Positions 38,671-51,616 of a DNA stretch of 64,000 nucleotides are shown piece by piece. The position numbers and the translations under genes are program-made. Each line of letters opens with the position of its first letter. Position 1 is the stretch's first letter. The notes beneath the pieces are model-generated. The model had not been told where the DNA came from. It did not search any database and saw nothing but the letters and a program-made list of their open reading frames with translations. Origin of the DNA: Octopus vulgaris (lineage: Eukaryota); contig OX597818.1 of NCBI GenBank assembly GCA_951406725.2, positions 64,356,001-64,420,000 of the forward strand, written 5' to 3'.

Positions 38671-38949
38671 ATAATGCAGAGAACATAATAAATGCTACGC
38701 TAATGCAAACTGTCTGAGATTAATCAATGGTTGGAAGCAGTGCATAAAAAAATTCTATAATGACCCTCACTGTCTCGAAACTTCGCTTATCGCATTACAT
38801 CAAATGATGCTATATTCATATATTAATATGGTCAACAACCCATGTTTGCTCTTGAAACTTAAACCAACATATCAGGGTTTCATTTCATTAATCATATACT
38901 TCTAGTGAATTGTCTACTCTAAATTGGACAAATTATAACATGGATAATC

Positions 38950-39359
38950 ACTCTTTTGCTCTTTTACTCTTCTACTGGCTTCAGTCATTTGACTGCGGCC
39001 ATGCTGGAGCACCGCCTTTAATCGAGCAACTCGACCCCGGGACTTATTCTTTTGTAAGCCCAGTACTTATTCTATCGGTCTCTTTTGCCGAACCGCTAAG
39101 TTACGGGAGCATAAACACACCAGCATCGGTTGTCAAGCAATGCTAGGGGGACAAATACAGACACACAAACACACACACACACATATATATATACATATAT
39201 ATGACGGGCTTCTTTCAGTTTCCGTCTACCAAATCCACTCACAAGGCTTTGGTCGGCCCGAGGCTATAGTAGAAGACACTTGCCCAAGGTGCCACGCAGT
39301 GGCACTGAACCTGGAACCACGTGGTTGGTAAGAAAACTACTTACCATACAGCCACTCCT
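38950..39359 (-). mobile_element. SINE family A, full length
   Basis: Matches the family A consensus. Confidence 0.9.
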
Positions 39360-41042
39360 ATACAACTTTAAATTATATCTAACAGACCCGGTAAAAATAC
39401 ATGTATTCGTACATTAAACGCGCAGAAAACAGACTGAGGCCTAGCTTTATGTGCATCCTCAGACACTCTACGAAACAGCACAGACATTACACATGACTAA
39501 AATATATTTATGAGTGTTCGTACAGAGATACACTTTACATGGAGGAGTTATATTGATTGTTGTTGAATCATAAAACATAAATTATAGAAGGAAGAGTGAA
39601 GAGCTAAAATCGTGTCCATACACGGCCTTTGGCCTCACCATAAAATGTTCTCTCATTTATATCATGAATTTGTGGTGCAGTAATTGCGAAAAGGTCTCTG
39701 ATCAGCTGTAAATTACACAAATGAACTTGTGGAGAGATAGGAATAAAAGAAATTCTCTTTGCAGTGCATTACACAAAAAAAAAAAGCATTCTTGCATTAC
39801 TGTCTCTAAGAAAAGTCAAGTGACAGTTAAAACACGGAGACCACAGAGTTCAATAAATTTTAATTAGCAATACGAATTACACACCTACGATGATTTGTGC
39901 AATTCCATCAAATCTTTAATATTGTAAAATTGACAAATAGCGTCGGTGATTCATGAGATGGTGTATAATTTTAGCTGTTAGGAGACATATCTTTTCTAAT
40001 ATTTACTCTTTCAGAGATCCGGTTTATATGTTATCAATTCTAACGTATTCGACTGGGAATATATATTTTAACATGCAACTATTATATTATACAACATAGA
40101 AAATGTTTTTTTCAATTATTAGGAGATGATAAAATAATTGTAGTTAACTGTTGTTTCAAAAGGCTCACTGTATGATCTTCAGGCCATTGCCATGCTATCC
40201 TGGGATCCCTTACACGTCGTAGTCAACAGGATTGACTACTTTTGAGTGCCGTTTACTAAACACAGCAGTGAGGATTTCTGTGGAGCACTTACTATACAGA
40301 ATGGACGTTCATGTAACCAGGTTTCTCCACTGGTTACATGAATACCAGCATATCTTTTGTATCGTGGTTTATACATTTGAACAGTCGTATATTTCCCTGG
40401 TAATCATTGACGTCATAATAGCTTATTATATGCTTTGTATATCCTTCTGATGACTCTGCAATATGCTGTCAATAAAATATACAGAAATTAATTTGTTTCA
40501 CTTATCGGGTAATCCTCCATACGGTATTACGATTATAAATAATTCGAATATCCGTATCGTATAGTCTAACATAAATTATTCGCATTGTGCAATATTGTAA
40601 TTGGCATAAAGTTTCTTGTAAATAAATAATTAGTTAAATACAAAATGTTCTAATGCCAAAATAGTCAACGAGAAAATGCTATAAGGCCATTCTACCTTGG
40701 ACAAATTTTTATTGAAATGTCTACCGTGGATAAATATGTAAAGTACCGGAACAAACTAAATGCATTTAATGCTTAATCAAAACATATTCGAGCACATATG
40801 CAGCAGAAACACGTGTCGGACTGGGATCTTATGTCAATTTCATGTACACAATACGCTAATAAAGAAGTTTTGAATTCCCCATTCTCCTTTATGACACCGT
40901 TATATTGTATGGTATATAAAATCCAATGAAAGGAAATTAAGACTTATAGATGAATGAAATACTGTCTAAATATCTCAAGCAAATATATATGTACCCTATC
41001 GTTCAATGAGATTATCCAGAGGCCGCACTTCCCGGATTTCAT

Positions 41043-41103
<61 letters not shown>

Positions 41104-41105
<2 letters not shown>

Positions 41106-41290
41106 ATGATAGATCGCTAGCCGCTACACATTCTTAATTTTCTCTCCCTGTTTCTTTCTGTGTTCCTTTATGTGGAAAAGCGTAGACTCGAAACGTGACT
41201 ATTTCACTTCCTGTGCGATAAAACTAATACATCTGTTTGTTGTCTACACCACCTATCTTCGCCTTTTTTTTTTGTGAATTCTCCTTTTAT
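41104..41290 (+). mobile_element. Copy of the CUGUUGA hammerhead-like repeat family
   Basis: ccatg..atcgctagccgctacac..agcgtagactcgaaacgt..ctaatacatctgtttgttg..caccacct. Confidence 0.7.
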
Positions 41291-41302
41291 GTATATATAT
41301 AT

Positions 41303-41339
<37 letters not shown>

Positions 41340-41611
41340 GAGAGAGAGTAGCAAGAGCGAGAAAGTTTTTTACGGGATATACAGATATTCTATATTTTGA
41401 ATGATAAGGTTGTCAAAATGTTGGATGGTTATACATATATCTTTATTTATTTACTTTTTTAGCCCTTTCTTGCGTTATGAGATTTATCAGAATGTGGTTG
41501 CAAGTTAGATTTCTTGGCTTCTTTGTATATAAATCATTTTGTGGGTTTTGATAAGCAAGGGAGAAGAAAGAAGAAAATAAATTGTGAAGGAGGGTGAGGT
41601 ATTTTATTGGT

Positions 41612-41687
<76 letters not shown>

Positions 41688-43513
41688 GGGGTTTTGTATG
41701 AGCACGTATGTGTGTGTGTAGGGTACGGAGAATATCTAATGCTTTACATAATCGCCTCATGAATAATAATTCATTGACTCTGTCTCTGTTCACATTAAAA
41801 TACGTCTCCTATATTCGAAAACTGAAATGCTGAATAATATATTTGATTTTAATACTTAATTAAAAGCATAAATATTAGCAAATATAATTAAATTGTCCAC
41901 TGTGTTACTAATTGTCTAGACTAAGAAAGAAGTATTTTAATTGAACTATAATCTGATAATTTTGTTTTCTTTTTCTCATTTCATTTTCTATTATTTTTCG
42001 TATTAAGGAATTGTTTTTGATTTATTATCAACAATGAACTGTTTTATTAGACAGAATTAACAAAATTTTACCACACTTTCTACGACCCAGCAGTTAATTG
42101 AGTGTGTCATGCGCACGATAATGCTCGGAAAGTTTTACTATGGAAATGTGGGATAGCAAAATAATTGCAGCTAAATGATTGGAGAGCTACTCATAACATA
42201 TAAAGAAATTTATTCTTCGTGTGGATAGAACCGACGACACCGGACCGACGTTTTCTTCCCGAAATCATTCTCAAAACAAATTAAAAAAGGACTGTTCCGA
42301 AACACTTATAATACTACAGTTTTCCATATGTTTTACAACATTCTTAATGCGAAATCTTGTGTTGAAGCAGATTGTGATGTATTTTTCAAACTCATTTTTC
42401 CAGAGTGAATATTTTGGCACACCAACCCTTCCAAAAATAGAACTAAGATTATAAAACTGGCGGCTTTCTATTCGTATAAATTTAATTAAATTTCTGGCGA
42501 ATAACACCAAACAAATGTCTGATTCAAATAGCTTTCATAATTACCAATTTATATACAACGCATGGACAAAATGCAAATAACTGTTAAAAATAGCAATATT
42601 GTAGTCACACAGAGAATGCCCAGCCTATAGTGAAAAGCGAAATAAGGACGCTGAAACCTCGTGGATATCAAACCCTGTGCATTATACACGTTTTGTATTA
42701 AGGCAGAAGTTTCCATATCTTAACAATATCGGGCAAACAAAGAGAACGAAAACTGTATAAATAACTCTAGGATTTATCTACCACCGGCACAGTTTATATG
42801 AGGAAGATAGTTAGAGATTACCTATTAAAGAAAGGTAAAGAAACACACTGTTTATTGAAGTGTCAAGATTATCGCCACAGCGTCTTCAAATCACTCGCAA
42901 TACTGTGTAAAAATGGAAAAATGCATATAATAAATTCTGAACTACAAAAATTTCTTTGCACACCAATAAAAGAACAGTGAAAGTGTTAAAAGAGAAAAAG
43001 AAGAAAACGAAAAACATTCATAAAGAAAAAAAACATTCATAATTATTTTATTAACTCTCTGCAGTAAAATTTGCTTATTGATAGTTATAACTACATTTCT
43101 ATTTAATTCATTTTGTTTCCTTTTTAGCGCATCAACAGATTCTAGACTCAGGAGTTTCCAGAATAAGATATCTTAACAAATTTTTACATAATGAAACTTT
43201 CGCTTGGGAATACATAGAAACAGCTACCAAATAAATTCAGGCAAACTTGAAAAATTTCCTGAGAAAATTCCTCAATAACGATTATATGAAACATGGGGAT
43301 AATAAATGTTCTCCTTATGCCTCTAGCGTCATTTTTCCTATTTTTTTTTTATCCTACAAGGTTTTCAATTGCAGAGCAATTTACATGTAAATATATATAG
43401 TATCCACTCGATATAATATTCTTCATATAGAGGAAGGGAGGTAATTCCCGCAAATCTATTATCTCTCATATCATTAAAAACACCCATAACGAGTGACAGG
43501 AATACAAAGACAG

Positions 43514-43544
<31 letters not shown>

Positions 43545-43818
43545 TAAAGAAAGAGAGTGAGAGATATGGATCGGTATCATTATCACTTTATTCGTTGATC
43601 ATGAAGGAATGAAAGCAAATTCGAATTCTCAGCGAAATTAAGAGCCCATGATAACGGAAGTGCTACTGCGTAGAGATACAAAATCTTAGAACATTGTAAA
43701 TATATTGACTAATAAACATTATATTCAAGTATAGTTTATGGAGCGCCAAAATATCTTAATCCTAATATGTGCTATGGAGATTTTACAAGAGAAAAAGATG
43801 CCTATATAAATACACACA

Positions 43819-43911
<93 letters not shown>

Positions 43912-43998
43912 CATATGTATGTATTTATATAGGCGTAGTTTTCTCTTGTATAATCTGTTTGAGTGGTTTTATCTCTAATTATATTATATATATATAAA

Positions 43999-44078
<80 letters not shown>

Positions 44079-44081
<3 letters not shown>

Positions 44082-44146
44082 GTGGTGCTATTAAGTTAGA
44101 CATGGCCTGGACCAATCTTTGGTCGAAACATATCTAAGTTTATCTA

Positions 44147-44151
<5 letters not shown>
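44079..44151 (+). mobile_element. 3'-UTR-only copy of the CR1-like LINE
   Basis: CAGGTGGTGCTATTAAGTTAGACATGGCCTGG..GAAAC plus a (TATCTAAGTT)x2 tail, inside (TA)n. Confidence 0.8.
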
Positions 44152-44196
<45 letters not shown>

Positions 44197-44394
44197 TGGG
44201 GGTTTAGTTCACGTTTGATCTGAAAGATTAAGCACGCTAGATAAGTGGTGTAAAGGATTAGGCTCTAAGGTTATATTCGACACGATAGTTATGGAGACAT
44301 TGCAGACTTCTGATGCAACGGATATATAATTCTTAATGAGGACTTACGCAAGATTGCAGCTAATGAGCTTCACTCATGGATCTACGCAGTAGTA

Positions 44395-44465
<71 letters not shown>

Positions 44466-44470
44466 ATACT
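44395..44470. repeat. (CTA)n microsatellite
   Basis: Direct reading. Confidence 0.95.
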
Positions 44471-45063
44471 AATATTTCTACTGTTGCTGGTTCACATTTT
44501 AAAATTTTACTATCGCCCTTAAAACAGAAAATATGCGGCTGCGTTCCACTAACAAAGTTTTTGAGGTATGTAGCCTGTTAAAGCGACATCGCAGTCCTAC
44601 AACCACGTCCTATAAAATGAAGTTGAAGTTGAAGGAGATCCTTGTAAGCAGATGTACCTAAGTTTCGTCAAGTATTTTGGGTTATGGCATGATGCTGGAC
44701 AAATCTAATATCCTCCCAATTCGCTAAAGATATCGATTCATAAGGCCAAAAATTGTTTTTCGAAAATTACAGCTAAATATTTTAATTAAATTCATCGTCC
44801 ATCTATTTCTAATTTAGAGGTGTACTAAAAAGAATTAAATATACACACCGTTTTTCCATTAATTAAGCAGTAAAGATACAAAAAGTAAATGTGTCATTTG
44901 GCAATGACCACAGAACTAAATATAGGAAATTGAATGAATATTGTATGCCTAAAAATATCACAAACATTTTCTAAAAGACGCTCTGAAGCACTCGTAAACA
45001 TAAACAAACTTGATTGGACAACGAGAAATGTGAAATAATTTTCAAAATTATCCTGTACGAAAC

Positions 45064-45267
45064 TTACTCTTTCAATTGTTTCAGTCATTTGACCGCGGCC
45101 ATGCTGGGGCACCGCCTTTAGTCGAGCAAATCGACCCCGGGACTTATTCTTTGTAAGCCCAGTACTTATTCTATCAGTCTCTTTTGCCGAACCGCTAAGT
45201 GACGGGGACGTAAACACACCAGCATCGGTTGTCAAGCAATGCTAGGAGGACAAACACAGGCACACAT

Positions 45268-45310
<43 letters not shown>

Positions 45311-45424
45311 TGACAGGCTTCTTTCAGTTTCCGTCTACCAAATCCACTCACAAAGCAGTGGGACTGAACCCGGAACCATGTGGTTGGTTAGCAAGCTACT
45401 TACCACACAGCCACTCCTGGGCCT
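45064..45424 (-). mobile_element. SINE family A with an internal deletion of about 50 bp
   Basis: Reads cactcacaaa-gcagtggg; the CORE-like segment is missing. Confidence 0.88.
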
Positions 45425-45976
45425 AACTTATATATTATTAACTTAAAACGATATCTTAATCGAAATATTATAAAGTTGACATTACGTTGTTTTTTTTATT
45501 ATACGAAAAGGAATTCGCAATTGTGTTTCATGTAAAATAAAGAATGTTTGAATTTGATTCAGATTCAACAAGTGGAATATGATGTTAGAAAAGTTCTTCC
45601 GTCTTTCAAAGCTCATAAAATGTAACAAAGAATTAAATGACAAGATATTCTAAGACATAGAAAATCTACGAGGCGCTGAAAATTCTCCAGTAAGTACCGT
45701 ATCCAACAGTACTAGCAAAATTTACTACACCTACGCACACGCACGCACACACAAATACTTCTATATATATCACTTATTGCTAATATATTACTTGTTTCAG
45801 TCATTTGGTTGCGGCTATGCTGGGGCATCGCATTGAAGAAGTTTTTATTGAATGAATCGACGGCAGTACTAAATTATTTAATACAGTGTCCTTCAACTGT
45901 TCAATAGCATATGGGGACCGGTATTAAGGAAGGATAGGAAAATATTGGGTTTATAAGTCCTAAAATTCACTCCATA

Positions 45977-46061
45977 TGGCGTAGTGGTTAAGAGCACGGG
46001 CTACTAACCCCAAGATTCCGATATCGATTCCAGTGATCTGAATAAAATAATAATAATAATG

Positions 46062-46149
<88 letters not shown>

Positions 46150-46245
46150 CATCGAATAATACCTTAGGAAGGAGAACCCCGGTTCGAAAGGATGGAGGGT
46201 ATATCAGCCGAAACTTTCTGTTAACAGATGATGTAAATAATTATT
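45977..46245 (+). mobile_element. tRNA-headed SINE family E with internal (AAT)n and a hammerhead-element-related tail
   Basis: TGGCGTAGTGGTTAAGAGC A-box, degenerate B-box (atcgattcc); tail ggagggtatatcagccgaaac..tgttaaca matches the minus strand of 48025-48056. Confidence 0.65.
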
Positions 46246-47149
46246 TAAAACCTACTACTTATTCTACGGGGCCCTTGTATATATATACGTGTGTGTGTGA
46301 GTGTGTGTATACACAAATATATATATGCATACACACATATATATATATGTATACACGCATGTATTTATATATATATATATGTATGTATGTATCTATGTAT
46401 ATACCTTTTGTACGTGTCTCGCCTCAAATATAGGAACATCGGTACCCTCTACTCGCACACGCCCTCAACTCTTCACATCACCCCCTTCACCTCATAAATT
46501 TAACGTTACAAAACATACACATCAGCTGATTAAATCCTTGCTGATATATTTCCTCAGCTGCACATACCTACAAGCAAACTTACAGTCCGAAAATAATCTA
46601 ACGCCTCTCGAAATTGTATATTATTTCATAGTTGAGCATATCCATCCTCTCTATATACGCCAATAAAATTTCCTTAATCTGGATCAATAAGTCTTCACAC
46701 GACTCTCTAGCTGTTTCTCAAAGTATGTACTCCTATTCCTCTCATTCTCCTATCCATCCTTCTTTCTTTCCATGAAGGACCTACGGCTGAATCTTTGAGG
46801 TACTTTCTTTTCCCACTAAAGCTTTAAGATAACGCCTCATTTCTGAAATCTTCAGCCACGTGAGCTGTCATTCGGAAAATTTAATTTTCTCTCTATTTCT
46901 TTTTACCTCATATGAAAATAGAAGTTCATATAAAGGTTACATACCTCATTAAGGGATAATATATTCCAATGAAAATACTACTTAGTTACCCAATCAAAAC
47001 GTGTTGATTATTACAATTGATATTCAACTGTAAGGTAACTAGATACACCGTGGCTTATATATATTTTAAGAAGATGAGAAAATTGAGAGATAATGAATAA
47101 TTATTTATTAATTTAAGTAAGATTAATTATCTCTCTATTTTCTTATCTT

Positions 47150-47233
<84 letters not shown>

Positions 47234-47245
47234 TATATATATGTG

Positions 47246-47276
<31 letters not shown>

Positions 47277-47283
47277 ATATATG

Positions 47284-47319
<36 letters not shown>

Positions 47320-47539
47320 CACATATATATATATATACATATAAACATATGCATATTTACGATTTATTTATTTGCAGGATACGAAATACGCTAGTATGGA
47401 AGTAATCAGTGGCGAGATGAGAGACTCAAGTTGCATTCTATATTCTTTGCGTGCAAAATCCTAAATATTTTATTTCAACACTAATTCACCCGTAGAAAAC
47501 CGTTTCAGTGAAACTCACTTCATTTGTGTTATTATATAT

Positions 47540-47735
47540 GAACTGGCTGAATGTTTAGCACACCGAGGAAATGCTTAGCATCATTTCATATATCTCAACG
47601 ATCGATCTGAGTTCAAATTCTAGCGAGATCGACTATACCTATCATCATTTCGATAAAATAAGTCCCTGCTGAACACTGGGGTTAATATCTTCGAATTATT
47701 CCTCCCCAAATTTACTGGCATTGGCAAAATTTGAA
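47540..47735 (+). mobile_element. Old SINE family B copy
   Basis: ttagcacaccgaggaaatgcttagc, tctgagttcaaattc, tcgataaaataagt, cactggggtt. Confidence 0.6.
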
Positions 47736-47783
47736 GTCAAAAATGTATATCAGAATTAATTTAAGTAACTTTAATTATATATA

Positions 47784-47837
<54 letters not shown>

Positions 47838-47971
47838 CAAAAGAGGCGGGGTTTCACACAGGAAAAATATAGACAAATTTGTTATTGAAAATGCACCTAA
47901 ATTTGGAAAACTTATAATTGTTTAAGATACATTTATTTACGTATATACCAAACTAGTTTCAACAATATTTT

Positions 47972-48141
47972 TACGTTATTCACATTATTTACATTTGACT
48001 GATATTTGTCCTCATCTTTTTTGTTGTTAACACAACGTTTCGGCTGATATACCCGCCAGATTTCATCAGCCGAAACCTTGTGTTAACAACAAATAAGCTG
48101 AGGACAAATATCCGTCAAATGTAAATAATGTAAATAATGTA
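47972..48141. mobile_element. Fold-back repeat with a hammerhead core at its centre
   Basis: About 75-bp inverted arms; minus strand CTGATGA-A..CTGG..TCAGCC-GAA-ACGT-T-GTGT at 48030-48069. The 5' strand of stem I is replaced by the inverted arm. Confidence 0.75.
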
Positions 48142-49079
48142 CATAATTCCTCATCTCTCAAATCTAGAACTAGAATATTTTTATTTATTTATTAATGGTA
48201 AATTTTTAAAATCATGAATTAGAAAAACATCTTTAAAAGTTTCAATTTTCGCAAATTAAAACATTGATAACATTTTAATTTGTCAACATTGAAAGTTTTA
48301 AAGATATTTTTCTAATAAAGTTTATTTGCCAACATAATATGGCAATCCTGGTTTGGGACGAATGCTGTTGTAATTTAGCCCCAAGAGTCATCGTCTCCAG
48401 CTGGGACTAAATTTTAAGATAAAATCTCCCCTATTTTCTCTAGCGAATACCCAGAGCATTATTGCTGGCACTGTAAACTTCGTCAATGGGAAATATAAAG
48501 AAGAGATAATCCTTGACATATTAAAACCCATAACCTTAATTAAAATTTCTCAACATTAATGGCTAAGTTCTCCTATTGCACTTTTGCTAGCCATGGAAGA
48601 AAAAATTGGCAGTCGACCAAATAAATGTAAATTTCATTGTTAACTTCCATTTTGCGGTCTATAAATGCAGATTCTTTTGTCGACATGATTCCAGATCTCT
48701 GGAATCAGATCTTTTCCTAAACTTAGCTACTACGTTTCCGCACGATTATTATACACACATGCCGGTGAAAAACCAAAAACAATTATCGTATTTCAATGAA
48801 CTTTCGAAACTAGAAACTCACTCTTTGCTTTCCAATCAAAGTGGGGACAAACGCTGCATATCACTCAATACACGAAGACATTTTGTGAGTATAAGAGCAT
48901 TTTAGTTTTCCTTCTAAGACTTGGTAGTTTTACAATTGTAATCAAGGTTCAGCATTTATCAAAGTACCATATGATAAAGTTTGCTCCAGACTTGTCCCAA
49001 ACAAGTTGCTGTGAGGTTGTTCTACGTCTCCTGAAAGCGTTCACTAATGTAGTAAGCTTTACAAAATGTAGGTATGTGA

Positions 49080-49560
49080 GATCTGAAGGAAAAAATGAAC
49101 ACTATGTAAAGTAAAACTAGGAAATATATACAAGGTGTTCAAAGTGGAAGCTGTTGAATTAATGTAATAGTTATTACGGATGATGTATCAATATATCTAC
49201 TCTATATTTCAATGATGATATTTCGTTGAACTTGATTAGAAGTAACAAGAAGACATACGTAAATGCTACAAGATGTGTCAGCGCATGCAGGAAGGAGAAT
49301 GTATCTCGGTAGACCGAGGACTTCACATACATGCCATCATGCCAGCATATCTTACCATTTTTAAATCAGGCTGACACCTGGAGTAAATAAAAAATATTTC
49401 GGGCCGAATCCTGACCAGTAATCCTGAAATTTTGGATTTTTATGTTTTCATTACTCTGACTGTTTTCAGCGAATTTTTTTTTTACATGATTCTTAGTGAC
49501 GAATATGATCATCATTGGGATTTGACTCTGGAAGAAGAAATTGCAACAACATTTTCGAAA
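49080..49560 (+). mobile_element. Possible highly decayed pogo/Tigger-like transposase
   Basis: Fragments RKY..FKVEAVEL (HTH-like), CVSAC.K, IMPAYLT..GVNK; many frameshifts; recognised by eye only. Confidence 0.25.
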
Positions 49561-49648
49561 ACAAGTCCGAGATCTGTTTCCAGATCTTCACATGCAGGGT
49601 CAATAGTTTAAAAGCTACATCTTAGCGTAAAAACTACAATGTAGCTAG

Positions 49649-49709
<61 letters not shown>

Positions 49710-51412
49710 TATATATATATATATATGCATATATATATGTACACATGCTTGTATATTTTTATAATTATATACGATCTTTTATTGCTTTCCCTGCCTCTGT
49801 GTGTCATTGTGTGTGCATGCATGTATTAACTGTTGCTTCTGCAAGCTATATAAGTACCAGGGTATGTATCTGTTTGTCTAATTACACATTTACATTGTGC
49901 ACATTAACTACCGTATCATGAAATAAACGCAACAACATTAAAAACGATACCTTTGTATTGAAAATAATTGCTTCACTCGTCGTATCGAGAATATGTTCAA
50001 ATTATGTTTCTCCTAAGTAGAAAGCTGTAATTAAAATTCAAATGTGTTTTAAATCTTCGGTCATGAAATATTTGTTGGATCGTAATATTGATTTTGCCTG
50101 CGAAACAACAACGAGCGTACACGTCGGTGAACGTATGTTGACTTTTATTTGTAAACTCTAAAATATGTACACCCGCACCCACACCCGAATATATGTGTGT
50201 GTGTGTGTGTGTATATATGTATATATTTGTGAGTAGGTATGTTCATATACGTGTAATCTATGTAAATATATAATTATACACACACACACATACACATATA
50301 TGTATATACATATATATACACATATATATATATACACATATATACATACATGTATATGTATATACGTACATATACTTATGTATGTATATATAGATATATA
50401 AATAAATGTATATATTTATGTGTGTGTATATATCTATATCTATGCATATATATATATATATATACACGTATGTGTATATGTATGTATGTATCTATATAGA
50501 GCGTGTATGTGTGATTTGATTCTCTGTTGTATGTGATAGTTTCTGAAAAATCAATAATTTATACGTTTTACTTACTCATTTATATAATTCCTTTTAAGAT
50601 ACACATACGAAATAACAGGTTACAACTTTATATCATTTCATTAGAATGGAAAACGCATTTTTTTTTTTTTGTAAAAGTCGATGTACTGTATATAATTAGA
50701 AATAATTATAGATGAAACATTTTTAAAGTTTTGTAAATGCGAGAGTCTTAGTAGATGATGGAACTCACTGTCTTTACGAGGTTATCATAAAAGGTACTTC
50801 CATTCGATTTTGTCCAACCGTTATCTTTTATTACATGCACTGTCTGATGTTTTTTGTTATTAGTTTATTCATTTTCCGGTGCCAAATAAGTCTAAACGCA
50901 TTCTTCTATAGACTCTCTCTCATGTTCACCAAAACCCTCAACATTTAGAATTTGATTACGAAACAATCAGCTAAACTTTTCTTTTATACTTGTTACTCTG
51001 AAACCACCTACATCATCTATATCTTTCATTTTATTTTTAATTAAATTACATTTTCCGTCTAGTTTTTTGCTGCTGTCCATCACAATATTTTAGAACTGCA
51101 AGGTTCCTTGGTCGAGGAAATACTCTGTTTTAAAACGTATTTTAATGACTTAATAGGAAATATGAGCAGACAAAATATATTAATAACGACATCAACAACT
51201 CGATAATGATAATAATGATAAAAATAATAATGATAACAATAACAACAAAAACAACAACAATGAGAAGACGAAGAAGAAGAAGAAGAAAAATCCTTATGTA
51301 GAACAACTTTGTTTTGCTTCACACATATACTTAAGAATATACAAATATGTAAACTTAAACTCTCTTGTACACGTATATACCGTATATACGCAATTATGAA
51401 CAACCCCAATAA

Positions 51413-51466
<54 letters not shown>

Positions 51467-51581
51467 ACACATAGATAATTTATATGTATGTGTATGTATA
51501 TGCATATATCAATGAGTATATGCATATTTATATATACATATATGTATAAATGTCTACATGTCTGTACGTGTGTGCGTGTAA

Positions 51582-51616
<35 letters not shown>

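Noticed and set aside
46059-46433. Poly-isoleucine ORF
   Set aside because: It is the (AAT)n tract inside a SINE.
46420-46830. Possible second Penelope endonuclease relic (LIYFLSC..)
   Set aside because: No YIG motif or continuous frame is recognisable.
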